Notes: generated by a model not told the origin, from the letters alone. A DNA stretch of 64,000 bases from Pikeienuella sp. (GCA_049608645.1 JBMYXS010000004.1:5814-69813), one strand, 5' to 3'. Positions 1 to 9,016 are shown, numbered from the stretch's first letter. Translations and numbers: made by a program.

Positions 1-38
1 GAAAAACCGCCCCCACGCACCGAAAAGCGTGGGGGCGG
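1..38 (-). terminator. Rho-independent terminator downstream of the beta-helix protein gene
   Basis: 12-bp GC-rich inverted repeat ccgcccccacgc (7-18) / gcgtgggggcgg (27-38) with an 8-nt loop. On the minus strand the stem is followed by TTTTT (plus-strand aaaaa at 2-6). It lies about 70 nt past the stop at 110. Confidence 0.7.
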
Positions 39-109
39 CCAATTTTCCGAATGATAAGCGGCAGGGCGTTTCCAAAACACGTTGCCGCCCACCGTTCAAA
101 CCTCAGGCA

Positions 110-2119
110 TCAGGGAAATGTCACCGCCGTGTTGGCGATGTTCTTGAAGGTGTTGCCCGCAGCTTCAAAATTGATCGACGATGGGCTGAGCGTCCCCCGA
201 CTGGTATCCACCGCCGTCGCTTTGGTGATGGTGGTGCCACTGACATTGAAGATGTTTGAAGAGATCGACATGCCATTGATCTGCATGTTTGCCAGATGTG
301 GCATCATGCGAACATAATTGAAATCGGCGGCAACCCCCGCGCTGAAACACAGGTTGCCATCGACCATCAGTTGCCGAAATGTCGGGTTGGCTGGGGTGTA
401 TTCGTTCGACCATTCCACCCAGCAGTTGTCGATATAGTTGTCGCGCACAATGCTGGAGGCATCGGACCGCGCAAAAACCACACCCGCCGTTCGGCTGTCA
501 TCCCCGGTTTGACCCTGAAAGAAATGGTTCTCCGTAAAGATCGCATTGGCACCACCAATCACGGCAAAATGCTTGAAACGCGCCCCACGGTTGCCACGAA
601 CCTTTGCGTCATTCGCATTGCAGTTGAACCCGATGGACGTACGCGATGACGCGGGGATTCCCCCCTCTGCTGAGGAAAAATCACACTGATCAATCGCGAT
701 GGAAAAATCGCCATCGCCGGGGGATGTCAGGCCCCGGTCACGCACCGCAAAGAACCAACTGTCATGCACATGCCAGTTAAAGCCACTGGTCGGCAATAAA
801 ATGCCGCTCGCGACCGAAGAGCCGTTGAACTCCACCGCGTCAATCTCAAGGTTCGAAATATCATCGAACCCGACAAAATCGAGCAAGTAGGCAAACTTGG
901 TAAACGTGTAGGACTGGCTGGCCGCCGCCGCATACAGCAGCTGCGAGAGGGTGACGGTCGAGGTCACTTCATCCACATCTTTCACGTAAATCTCGCGCCC
1001 GACGCCCGCGCCGCTCACCAGCATGCCCCGTTTCACAGAACTGATGTTCTGCACATTGGTCAGCGTCAGCCCGCCCGCGTAGCTTGCGGTTGCTGTGGTT
1101 GTCATCAAAGGCCACGACCCTGCCGGGTCGGCCACGATCTTGCCGTTACGAATGGCCCGGCGTGAATTGAAGGATGAACGGTTGGCAACCGCATTCTGCA
1201 CATCCAACGGTTCCGTCAAGTTGATCTGGCGGCCGTTCAAATCAAGGCTGTCATGGTCGTTGTCATTCAACAGCGTGCGCAATGCCTTTTTCAGTGCCAA
1301 TGTCTCGTCTTTGAAGGCATCAAGGTAATTCGCATAATTCAGGCCATAAAGCAGGTTACATGCCTTATCCTCTGCCTGAAGTACCCGCCCCACAAAGCGA
1401 AACTGTGAATCGAGCGTGATGCTTCCGCTGATGAAGAAATCGCCCTCCGGGACCAAAACCTCCCGGCCATTCGCGGCGGCGTCTGCGGCCGCAAAGGCAG
1501 CGGCATTGTCAAACACACCATCGCCGCGCGCGCCGTAATCAAGAACATCAACCCAATCCATCGACACACGAAGAAAGGCCGATGTGACATCTTCAATGCG
1601 GATAGATTCGACCCTTACGCTGGCACCATTGGCAGCACCGACGACGTTCAATCCGAAGTGGGCATGAACCGGGTCCAGCCCCCATACGCAATCAACGCCG
1701 GGTCGATCGCCGGAGCCATAAATGGCCGAAACCTCAATCACCTTGTCATACTGCGTCGCGGTAACGGAATCGCCTTTCAGAAAAATGCCGGTGACGAGAT
1801 TGCCATCACTGCCGATGGGAAAGCCGGCAATCTCAAAATCAGGCAAAACGCCCGAAACCACCTTCACACGCGCCGAAACCCGGAGGTAACACCCCGGTGT
1901 GAACGGCGTCTGCCCCATGAACCGCAGTTTTTGGGGTGAACGGTTGGTCACAATCTCAAGGCATTCCTCGAAATCCGGATCAGTCAGCAGGATCTGCGCC
2001 GAGTTTGAATTGGCGTAGTTGGCTGTGCCGGGAATGCCATTCTGCCGTGACCATACCTCTAACCCATCGGAAAACGGGGGCGGCATAAGTTCGACGTTTT
2101 GGGAGATGGTCTTATCCAT
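110..2119 (-). CDS. Pectate-lyase-superfamily right-handed beta-helix protein (tailspike/polysaccharide-depolymerase-like) with an N-terminal beta-sandwich-like domain
   Basis: ORF 110..2191. Start moved to ATG 2119 (MDKTISQ), which is preceded by AAGAGG. The motif VDVLDYGARGDGVFDNAAAFAAA...VLVPEGDFFISG is typical of the start of Pectate_lyase_3-type beta-helices. The C-terminal half is G/N/S/T-rich and repetitive, as in helix coils. No signal peptide. Confidence 0.6.
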   Translation of the reverse strand: MDKTISQNVELMPPPFSDGLEVWSRQNGIPGTANYANSNSAQILLTDPDFEECLEIVTNRSPQKLRFMGQTPFTPGCYLRVSARVKVVSGVLPDFEIAGFPIGSDGNLVTGIFLKGDSVTATQYDKVIEVSAIYGSGDRPGVDCVWGLDPVHAHFGLNVVGAANGASVRVESIRIEDVTSAFLRVSMDWVDVLDYGARGDGVFDNAAAFAAADAAANGREVLVPEGDFFISGSITLDSQFRFVGRVLQAEDKACNLLYGLNYANYLDAFKDETLALKKALRTLLNDNDHDSLDLNGRQINLTEPLDVQNAVANRSSFNSRRAIRNGKIVADPAGSWPLMTTTATASYAGGLTLTNVQNISSVKRGMLVSGAGVGREIYVKDVDEVTSTVTLSQLLYAAAASQSYTFTKFAYLLDFVGFDDISNLEIDAVEFNGSSVASGILLPTSGFNWHVHDSWFFAVRDRGLTSPGDGDFSIAIDQCDFSSAEGGIPASSRTSIGFNCNANDAKVRGNRGARFKHFAVIGGANAIFTENHFFQGQTGDDSRTAGVVFARSDASSIVRDNYIDNCWVEWSNEYTPANPTFRQLMVDGNLCFSAGVAADFNYVRMMPHLANMQINGMSISSNIFNVSGTTITKATAVDTSRGTLSPSSINFEAAGNTFKNIANTAVTFP

Positions 2120-2315
2120 GTCTGAGATAACCTCTTGCTGGTCAGGGGATGACGGCAATCCCCACCCGCATCTCGCCCGAAACCCGGGCACAGCACTTGA
2201 CGCGGGCCAAGCGGCATCGCGCCAAGCAGCATTGCGAATGGGAAGGGGCCAGAAGTGGCCCGGAGAGGTCTATTTAGAAAATTTGGTTAAATATCTTCTG
2301 AAGACGGCGCGCGCT

Positions 2316-2351
2316 CAAACAGGCGGGCGACCACCCTTCAAATCCCGCCTG
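2316..2351 (-). terminator. Possible terminator of the DUF4864 gene
   Basis: Inverted repeat caggcggg (2320-2327) / cccgcctg (2344-2351) with a 16-nt loop. On the minus strand it is followed by only a short TTT run, so this is weak. Confidence 0.3.
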
Positions 2352-2368
2352 GAAGCAAAATTGTGGGG

Positions 2369-2788
2369 TTATACGTTCTCGGCAGGGGCGGGTCGTATCT
2401 GCACGCCATTGATGCGCCACACCCCGTCGATCTTGGCCATCAGATAGTCCGCGATATACAGACGCCCCTTTTGATCTTCAAAGAACATCGTTTGGCGCAA
2501 CCCTTTGGGTGTGTCAGTCAAAGTGCCGGTTTCGAAGCGCTTTGGGCGCCACACCATCGGATACCCCCGCGTCACCATCTCGCTGAAATTATCAGGGGTG
2601 CGGAAGATGCCCTGAATGGTCGGAGAGGCATAGGAAAACGCCTTGTCCCAATCATCCACACCCATCGCGGCAATCTGCCCTTCGATTACAGTACGGATAG
2701 CGTCCGCGTCCTCAACCGTTTGGGCTTTCGCCGGCGAATACGGGGAAAAAGCAATCAGGATTGCTGTAAACAGAGCTGTCAGTTTCAT
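2369..2788 (-). CDS. Secreted DUF4864-like (NTF2-fold-like) protein
   Basis: ORF 2369..2803. AGGGAG lies just upstream of the third ATG (2788). Signal peptide MKLTALFTAILIAFSPYSPAKA-QT. The pattern DWDKAFSYASP...FSEMV and the C-terminal DGVWRINGV match my recollection of the DUF4864 family. Confidence 0.55.
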   Translation of the reverse strand: MKLTALFTAILIAFSPYSPAKAQTVEDADAIRTVIEGQIAAMGVDDWDKAFSYASPTIQGIFRTPDNFSEMVTRGYPMVWRPKRFETGTLTDTPKGLRQTMFFEDQKGRLYIADYLMAKIDGVWRINGVQIRPAPAENV

Positions 2789-2909
2789 CATCATCTCCCT
2801 CATCCCCGCACGTAATCATATGGCGCACATGGTCGATAAGGCAACAAAACCTGCATTTGTCGGTAATTTGCTAACCTTTTGTTAACCGGTTTTCGGCCCA
2901 TGATCGTCG

Positions 2910-3644
2910 ATGAAACGTGGATGGGGCTTTGTCAGCGGCAGTTTGATTTTCGGCGCGCATATGTGGGGTGCGGCATCGGCGGGGCCGTGGACGCAGGAGC
3001 CCGGTGAGACGTTCTCCATGCTCAGCCTGAAATATCTGACCACCCAATTCTCGGAAACCAGCGACGCAACATTCCGGCAGCCCACCCTCAGCACCTATGT
3101 GGAGCACGGATGGCGGGAGGCCATTACGGTCGGCGCGGAAGTTGATGCAACGCTCGGCATTCCGGCAAAAGGTGCTCTTCAGGGCGGGGGCGGTGCGCGC
3201 GTCTTTGGTCGAACGCGCCTTTGGACCAGTGAAGAGGGTGAAATCATCTCTGCCGAAGCCTCGATCGGGTTCGTTGCGGAACCAGACCAAAGCGCGCACA
3301 TCCAGCCCCGGCTCAGTTTTCTCTATGGAGAGGGTTACGAACACGGCTGGTATGACCTCGCGACAAGCATTCGCTTCGATGGCACCACCATTGATGAACT
3401 TCACTCCGACGCGACATATGGCTATCGGCCCGCAGAAGGCTGGGTGACATACTTTCAGGCAACCACGATACAGCGCGTTCGCCCCAGATTGGGAGAAGAC
3501 ATCACAACCACACGGTTTGGTCTTTTCGTCGGATATGAAATCTCATCCGATCGCACTTTGGTGGTTGGCGCACGGCGAGAATTTTTCACAGTCTTCGCGC
3601 CACCTGCGCTGGAGGCGTCCATTTCCCTTTGGGCGCGGTTCTGA
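2910..3644 (+). CDS. Predicted outer-membrane beta-barrel protein (hypothetical)
   Basis: Signal peptide ending AASA-GP. Amphipathic alternating beta-strand pattern throughout, with aromatic girdle residues. The C-terminus ...ISLWARF ends in the terminal Phe typical of OMPs. No recognisable family. Confidence 0.45.
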   Translation: MKRGWGFVSGSLIFGAHMWGAASAGPWTQEPGETFSMLSLKYLTTQFSETSDATFRQPTLSTYVEHGWREAITVGAEVDATLGIPAKGALQGGGGARVFGRTRLWTSEEGEIISAEASIGFVAEPDQSAHIQPRLSFLYGEGYEHGWYDLATSIRFDGTTIDELHSDATYGYRPAEGWVTYFQATTIQRVRPRLGEDITTTRFGLFVGYEISSDRTLVVGARREFFTVFAPPALEASISLWARF

Positions 3645-3684
3645 CGGGCTTGAACCGCCCCCCCATCTGGCGCCATGTACGCCC

Positions 3685-4377
3685 ATGGAGACGATTGCCG
3701 CCGTTCTGACCCTATTTGTCACGCTTGACCCGGATCTGCTGGGCATCGTGGGCCTGTCGTTGCGGGTCTCGCTCGGCGCGGTTGCGATTGCCGCGCTGAT
3801 TGGTGCACCCTTGGGGGCCATCATGGCGATCTGGCATTTTCCCGGTCGGCGCGGTGTGTTGCTGCTTTTTTCAACGCTCATGGGGTTACCGCCTGTGGTT
3901 GTTGGCCTGAGCATCTATCTTTTGCTTTCACGTTCGGGGCCGCTGGGAGACTTTGGCCTGTTGTTCACCCCGACGGCAATGATCATTGCGCAATCGGTTC
4001 TTGTGCTTCCCATTGTCCTGACATTGACCCATCAAGCCGTTCGCCCGCTGGCCGCAGAATATGACGACCTGCTCACTTCGGTTGGTGCATCCTTTGGCCT
4101 GCGCCTGCGCACGGTGCTGTGGGATGCCCGTTTCGCTGTTGCCACCGCGCTTATGGCAGGGTTTGGGCGCGCGATTGCTGAGGTCGGCGCTGTATTGATT
4201 GTCGGGGGCAACATCAATGGCCATACCCGCGTGATGACCACCGCCATCGCAATGGAAACCTCCAAGGGCGCACTGGAACTCGCACTGGGTCTTGGCTTCG
4301 TGCTTTTGATCGTCGCTCTGAGTGTCAACGTGATTGCCCTCGCCTTTACCTCTTTCGGACGGCGGTATGAGGCATGA
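3685..4377 (+). CDS. ABC transporter permease, TupB-like (tungstate/anion uptake family)
   Basis: ORF 3517..4377, but homology-like sequence starts at ATG 3685 (METIAAVLTLF). It has 5-6 TM segments. FPGRRGVLLLFSTLMGLPPVVVGL..LLLSRSGPLG matches the TupB-type permease pattern. The stop overlaps the ATPase start (ATGA at 4374). Confidence 0.6.
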   Translation: METIAAVLTLFVTLDPDLLGIVGLSLRVSLGAVAIAALIGAPLGAIMAIWHFPGRRGVLLLFSTLMGLPPVVVGLSIYLLLSRSGPLGDFGLLFTPTAMIIAQSVLVLPIVLTLTHQAVRPLAAEYDDLLTSVGASFGLRLRTVLWDARFAVATALMAGFGRAIAEVGAVLIVGGNINGHTRVMTTAIAMETSKGALELALGLGFVLLIVALSVNVIALAFTSFGRRYEA

Positions 4378-5111
4378 GTGATGGCATAGCGGCCCCGAAC
4401 AGCGCCCCGCGCCAAACGCTATCCCTTAGTGAAGCGGAGGTGCATGTTGACGGAAAATGCCTCGTTGGCCCGTTGGATATGACTGTCGCTGCGACAGGCG
4501 TAACCGTGGTCATGGGGGCCAATGGGGCGGGAAAAAGCCAGTTCCTGCGCCTGGCCCATGGGTTGACCCTGCCTGCACGCGGGCATGTCAGATGGGGTGC
4601 TGAAACGGCTGATCAGGCGCGGCGGGATCATGCTTATGTTTTCCAGAATCCGCCACTCATGCGCCGCTCAGTCGCCGCCAATATCGAATTTCCACTGAAG
4701 GCACGAGGCATGCCCGGCCCGGCCCGCCGCGCCCGCACGGCAGAGGCCCTGAAGCGCGCACGTTTAAGCGAACAGCGTGATGCCCCCGCTGCCAGCCTGT
4801 CGGGCGGGGAACGTCAACGCATGGCCCTCGCGCGGGCATGGGCAACCGGGCCGAAGGTTCTTTTCCTCGATGAACCAAGCGCCGCACTCGACCCTGCCTC
4901 AACCGTAGAGATCGAACGGTTTCTGACTGAAATGCGGGATGAAGGCGTGAAATTGTTCTTTTCCACCCACGACATCAGCCAAGCCCGCAGGTTAGCTGAC
5001 GAAGTGCTGTTTTTTGAGCGCGGCAAACTCGCTGAACAGACACCGGCCGCACAGTTCTTTACAGCCCCGCAATCCGCGGCAGCGCAGCGTTATCTTGATG
5101 GCGTGATCTGA
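4374..5111 (+). CDS. ABC transporter ATP-binding protein (TupC-like)
   Basis: Walker A GANGAGKS, signature LSGGERQRMALARA, Walker B LFLDEP. Translationally coupled to the permease. Confidence 0.8.
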   Translation: MSDGIAAPNSAPRQTLSLSEAEVHVDGKCLVGPLDMTVAATGVTVVMGANGAGKSQFLRLAHGLTLPARGHVRWGAETADQARRDHAYVFQNPPLMRRSVAANIEFPLKARGMPGPARRARTAEALKRARLSEQRDAPAASLSGGERQRMALARAWATGPKVLFLDEPSAALDPASTVEIERFLTEMRDEGVKLFFSTHDISQARRLADEVLFFERGKLAEQTPAAQFFTAPQSAAAQRYLDGVI

Positions 5112-6349
5112 GGGGCAAGGCGACGCGCGCATAGCCAGCTGAACCCCAACATCAACGCAGATGCCACGAGGCACCCGACAACGCCCGCAATCTGATAGGA
5201 CAGACCGGACAGCAAGGTGCCGACCAACCGCCCCGTCGCGTTGGACATATAGTAAAACCCAACATCCATCGTAACCCGATCCGCACTCGAAAACGCGAGG
5301 ATGAGATAGGAATGCAGGGATGAGTTGATCGCAAACACCACCCCAAACACCAACAATCCGCAAACCAGCAACAAGGTCAGCGTTGTCCCTGTCGTCACCA
5401 ATGCCGCCACAACAAGACCAGCGGGAATCAAAACCAACACCCCGACCCAGAAACGCGCCAGCGCAGCAATGTCCTGAACCGATTTGCCACGGGCCCCCAA
5501 CAGCTTGGGCGCGCTGGCCTGCACTGCGCCATACAGAATGATCCAAAAGGCCATAAAGACACCGATCACAAAGAACGCGGCACGTGCCCCGCCCTCGGTG
5601 CCGTCGCTCAACACCGTGTAGAAATAGATCGGAATACCAACCACGAACCATGCATCACGCGCGCCGAACAGGAACAGGCGGGCCGCAGAGAGGCGATTGA
5701 TACTGGCGTTCTTGGAGAACACCTCCCGAAATTTTGCGCTTTTTTTGCCCTGGGGCAGGCCCGGCGGCATGAACAAGGCAACAGCGGCCAGAACCACGGT
5801 TAGCGCCCCTGCCATTGCCCACACCGCGGTCAGGAAACCAAGCGTTGCCAACAATGCAGCCCCGAGCAGAAAGCCTAGCCCTTTTACCGCGTTCTTCGAC
5901 CCGGTCAGCACAGCAATCCAACGGAACAGCGCGCCATCGCCCTCGGGTGCCAACACTTTTACCGCGCTTTTGGCGGACATTTTGGAAAGGTCCTTGGCAA
6001 CGCCAGACACACCCTGCACCGCCATCACATAAATGACCGACGTCAGCACGCTCCACGCCGCATCAAGCTGCGAAAGCGCGACCAGCGCCCCGATTTGCAA
6101 GGTCAGCCCCGCATAAAGCGTAGAGGTCAAGCCGAACCGTGCGGCGATCCACCCGGCGCTAAGGTTGGTAACAACGCCCATCGCCTCATAAAGCAAGAAC
6201 AGATAAGCCAACTGCACCGGGGAAAAGCCCAGCATATGAAAATGCAAGAGCACCAGCATGCGCAAAGCGCCATCGGTCAGCATAAACGCCCAATAGGCCG
6301 CCGTTACTGCGATATAGGCCAACAGGCCCGAGGGCCGTTGCTGGTTCAC
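5090..6349 (-). CDS. arsJ: Organoarsenical efflux MFS transporter ArsJ
   Basis: 12-TM MFS protein. The N-terminal block YWAFMLTDGALRMLVLLHFHMLGFSPVQLAYLFLLYEAMGVVTNL matches the ArsJ family as I recall it. Its start overlaps the upstream GAPDH stop by 4 nt, the canonical gapdh-arsJ pairing. Confidence 0.7.
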   Translation of the reverse strand: MNQQRPSGLLAYIAVTAAYWAFMLTDGALRMLVLLHFHMLGFSPVQLAYLFLLYEAMGVVTNLSAGWIAARFGLTSTLYAGLTLQIGALVALSQLDAAWSVLTSVIYVMAVQGVSGVAKDLSKMSAKSAVKVLAPEGDGALFRWIAVLTGSKNAVKGLGFLLGAALLATLGFLTAVWAMAGALTVVLAAVALFMPPGLPQGKKSAKFREVFSKNASINRLSAARLFLFGARDAWFVVGIPIYFYTVLSDGTEGGARAAFFVIGVFMAFWIILYGAVQASAPKLLGARGKSVQDIAALARFWVGVLVLIPAGLVVAALVTTGTTLTLLLVCGLLVFGVVFAINSSLHSYLILAFSSADRVTMDVGFYYMSNATGRLVGTLLSGLSYQIAGVVGCLVASALMLGFSWLCARRLAPQITPSR

Positions 6350-7356
6350 ATATCTTCCCCGACCATCCGCACGACATCAGCAAGACGCCACGCATAACCC
6401 CATTCGTTATCGTACCATGCGTAGACTTTTACCTGCGTGCCGTTAACAACCATCGTGGACAGCGCATCAACAATGGTGGAGCGCGGATCGTTCACATAAT
6501 CAGCCGAAACAAGTGGCCTTTCTTCGTAACCAAGAATGCCTGCAAGCTCCCCGACGGAGGCTTCGGCGAAAAAGCTGTTCACCTCTTCGACCGTGGTTTC
6601 GCGCTTCATCTCGAACACAAGATCGGTGAGTGAGGCATTCAACAGCGGCACACGAACGGCGTGCCCATCTATGCGGCCCTTTAGCTCGGGATAAATCAGC
6701 GTGATCGCTGTTGCTGAACCGGTTGAGGTTGGAATCAAGGAATTGAGCGCAGACCGCGCACGACGCGGGTCTTTTGCAGGCCGGTCCACAATCGTTTGCG
6801 TGTTCGTCACATCATGGATCGTCGTCATGGAGCCGTGGCTGATGCCGATATTTTCGTGCAGAACCTTGATCACGGGCGCAATGCAATTTGTGGTGCAGCT
6901 CGCCGCCGTTATCAGGTGGTGATGCGCAGAATCGTAAAGGTCATGGTTAACGCCATAAACGAGGTTCAGCGCGCCGTCTTCCTTCACAGGGGCGGACACC
7001 ACGACTTTTTTGACACCCGCATCATAGTAGGGCTGCGTCGCGGCCTCTGTCTTGAAGACACCTGAACAATCAATGACCATATCCACGCCCATCGCCGCCA
7101 AGGGCAAATCTTCGATGCGCCGCGCCTGCGTGAACGCCATGCGCGCGCCATTGATCGAAATGCTCTCCTCATCATGGCTAATGTCGGCAGCCCACCGCCC
7201 ATGCACGGTGTCAAACTCCAACAGCAAGGCATGCTGCGCGATATCGGCGGCCGGATCATTCAGCAGTACGATCTCCCCCGGCATGCCCTCATCAATGAGC
7301 GCACGCATTACGAGCTTACCGATACGGCCAAGGCCGTTGATCGCTATTTTTGTCAT
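6346..7356 (-). CDS. gap: ArsJ-associated glyceraldehyde-3-phosphate dehydrogenase (type I)
   Basis: NAD fold INGLGRIGK, catalytic SCTTNC, and C-terminal WYDNEWGY. 336 aa. Overlaps arsJ. Confidence 0.85.
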   Translation of the reverse strand: MTKIAINGLGRIGKLVMRALIDEGMPGEIVLLNDPAADIAQHALLLEFDTVHGRWAADISHDEESISINGARMAFTQARRIEDLPLAAMGVDMVIDCSGVFKTEAATQPYYDAGVKKVVVSAPVKEDGALNLVYGVNHDLYDSAHHHLITAASCTTNCIAPVIKVLHENIGISHGSMTTIHDVTNTQTIVDRPAKDPRRARSALNSLIPTSTGSATAITLIYPELKGRIDGHAVRVPLLNASLTDLVFEMKRETTVEEVNSFFAEASVGELAGILGYEERPLVSADYVNDPRSTIVDALSTMVVNGTQVKVYAWYDNEWGYAWRLADVVRMVGEDM

Positions 7357-7431
7357 GGCGGAACCTTTCCGGGTGGGCCTGCGCTGTTTCTATTCAGGTT
7401 AGCTGTTCAAAAGCGACAGGCAAGACTGCCC

Positions 7432-8274
7432 TTATCGCGTGTCGCGAATGGGGCTGCGCGGGTAGGCGCCCAAAACCTTGATGAATGATGTAAAGAACCG
7501 AAGTTCTTCCATTGCGAACTGCACATTCTCATGCTCAGGGTGGCCTTCGATATCCGCATAGAACTGCGTTGCCGTGAACGAGCCTTCGACCATATAGCTT
7601 TCCAGCTTCACCATGTTGACGCTGTTGGTCGCAAATCCGCCCATCGCTTTGTACAGCGCGGCAGGCACGTTGCGGACCTGAAACACAAAACTGGTCATAA
7701 CCGGGCCGCCATTCGGGTCCGCCTCCAGCTTGCGCGGTGACATGACCAGAAAGCGTGTCGTGTTGTGCGCGGCGTCCTGAATATCGCGGGCCAGAGGCTC
7801 AAGCCCGTAAATCTCTCCCGCGAGGGTAGAGGCGAGGGCCGCGCGTGAGGTGACGCCTTCCTCCGCAATGGCCATGGCAGATCCGGCGGTGTCTGCGCCC
7901 GTGATCGCCTTGATCTGATGTTCCTTGAGGAACTTGCGGCACTGACCGAGCAGCACAGTATGGCTCATCGCCTCAGTGATGTTTTCCAGTTTTGCACCGG
8001 GCACGCCCAAAAGGTCGATCCGCACAGGCACAAAGTGTTCGGCAATGATATAAAGCCCGCTTTCAGGCAGCAAACGATGAATATCCGCAACACGACCATA
8101 AAGTGAGTTTTCGACCGGCAGCATCGCCAACGCCGCATCACCGCGCTTTACCGCAGCAACAGCATCTTCAAAGGTCTGACAGGGCAAAGGCTCCATATCG
8201 GGGTAAACTTCCCGGCATGCCTGATGGGAATAGGCGCCCATCTCACCCTGAAATGCGATTTTTTGCTGGCTCAT
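7432..8274 (-). CDS. pheA: Prephenate dehydratase
   Basis: ORF 7432..8382. Start moved to ATG 8274 (MSQQKIAFQGEMGAYSH), preceded by GGGAGAGAG. PDT domain with ESRP-like TTRF motif, plus a C-terminal ACT domain. Confidence 0.85.
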   Translation of the reverse strand: MSQQKIAFQGEMGAYSHQACREVYPDMEPLPCQTFEDAVAAVKRGDAALAMLPVENSLYGRVADIHRLLPESGLYIIAEHFVPVRIDLLGVPGAKLENITEAMSHTVLLGQCRKFLKEHQIKAITGADTAGSAMAIAEEGVTSRAALASTLAGEIYGLEPLARDIQDAAHNTTRFLVMSPRKLEADPNGGPVMTSFVFQVRNVPAALYKAMGGFATNSVNMVKLESYMVEGSFTATQFYADIEGHPEHENVQFAMEELRFFTSFIKVLGAYPRSPIRDTR

Positions 8275-8426
8275 CGTCTCTCTCCCGGCGCCGGATGCGC
8301 CACGCGCCCATCGCCGTTCATCGGTCAATGGGTCGCGCCTTATACGCCTTGCCCGAAGCTGCGCAAAGCGGATATATCCCATTCAAACGGGCAATCGCCC
8401 TGTGAATGGCATGAGAGGCTGTAGCT

Positions 8427-8957
8427 ATGGAACTTTACAAAGTTGGCGGCGCGTTCTGCGCAGCGCTGTTGGTTCTTCTTGGATTGAATTTTATCAGCGA
8501 AGACTGGCTTTTCGCAACCGGTGGGCATGGTGACGACCATCACCTTGCGTTCTCTGTCGAGATCGAAGGCGACGATCACGGCGGCGAAGAGGCCGAAGCC
8601 GTAGATTACGCAGCTATCTTCGCAGCGGCTGACGCAGCGGCCGGCGAAAAAGTGTTCAAAAAATGTAAAGCTTGCCACAAGCTCGAAGATGGCGCGAATG
8701 GCGTTGGCCCACACCTCTGGGGCGTTGTTGGCCGCGAAATCAATGGTGTTGCGGATTACGGCTCCTACTCCGGCGCGCTGCCATCCGGCGAAGCTTGGAC
8801 AGCTGAAAACCTGTACGCCTTCCTTGAAGCTCCCAAGAAATGGGCCAAGGGCACATCAATGGGCTTCAACGGCCTGAAGAAATCGGCTGATCGCGCGAAC
8901 CTGATCGCGTATCTCAACGAAGTAGACGGCTCACCTGAACCGCTTGCCGCTGAATAA
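8427..8957 (+). CDS. Membrane-anchored c-type cytochrome (cyt c_y/CycM-like)
   Basis: N-terminal TM anchor, an acidic His-rich linker, then a class-I cytochrome c domain with CKACH heme site and distal Met (GTSMGF). Confidence 0.8.
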   Translation: MELYKVGGAFCAALLVLLGLNFISEDWLFATGGHGDDHHLAFSVEIEGDDHGGEEAEAVDYAAIFAAADAAAGEKVFKKCKACHKLEDGANGVGPHLWGVVGREINGVADYGSYSGALPSGEAWTAENLYAFLEAPKKWAKGTSMGFNGLKKSADRANLIAYLNEVDGSPEPLAAE

Positions 8958-8982
8958 GCACGGTTTAACAGACAGAAATGCG

Positions 8983-9016
8983 GGCCGCTCCCACCGGGGG
9001 CGGCCCTTCTTTTTTG
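8983..9016 (+). terminator. Rho-independent terminator after the cytochrome c gene
   Basis: Stem gggccgc (8983-8989) / gcggccc (9001-9007), followed by ttctttttt (9008-9016). Confidence 0.7.

Noticed and set aside
3517-3684. N-terminal extensions in the ORF track, for example 3517, 8382, 10262, 14887, 19528, 25718, 34752, 34903, 36964, 38413, 38431, 40620, 43595, 47556, 56522, 60330 and 61923.
   Set aside because: The extensions overlap neighbouring genes or encode Arg/Pro-rich junk. In each case an internal start with a Shine-Dalgarno-like sequence gives the canonical family N-terminus (e.g. [11 protein letters not shown] for GlnB). I used the internal starts.
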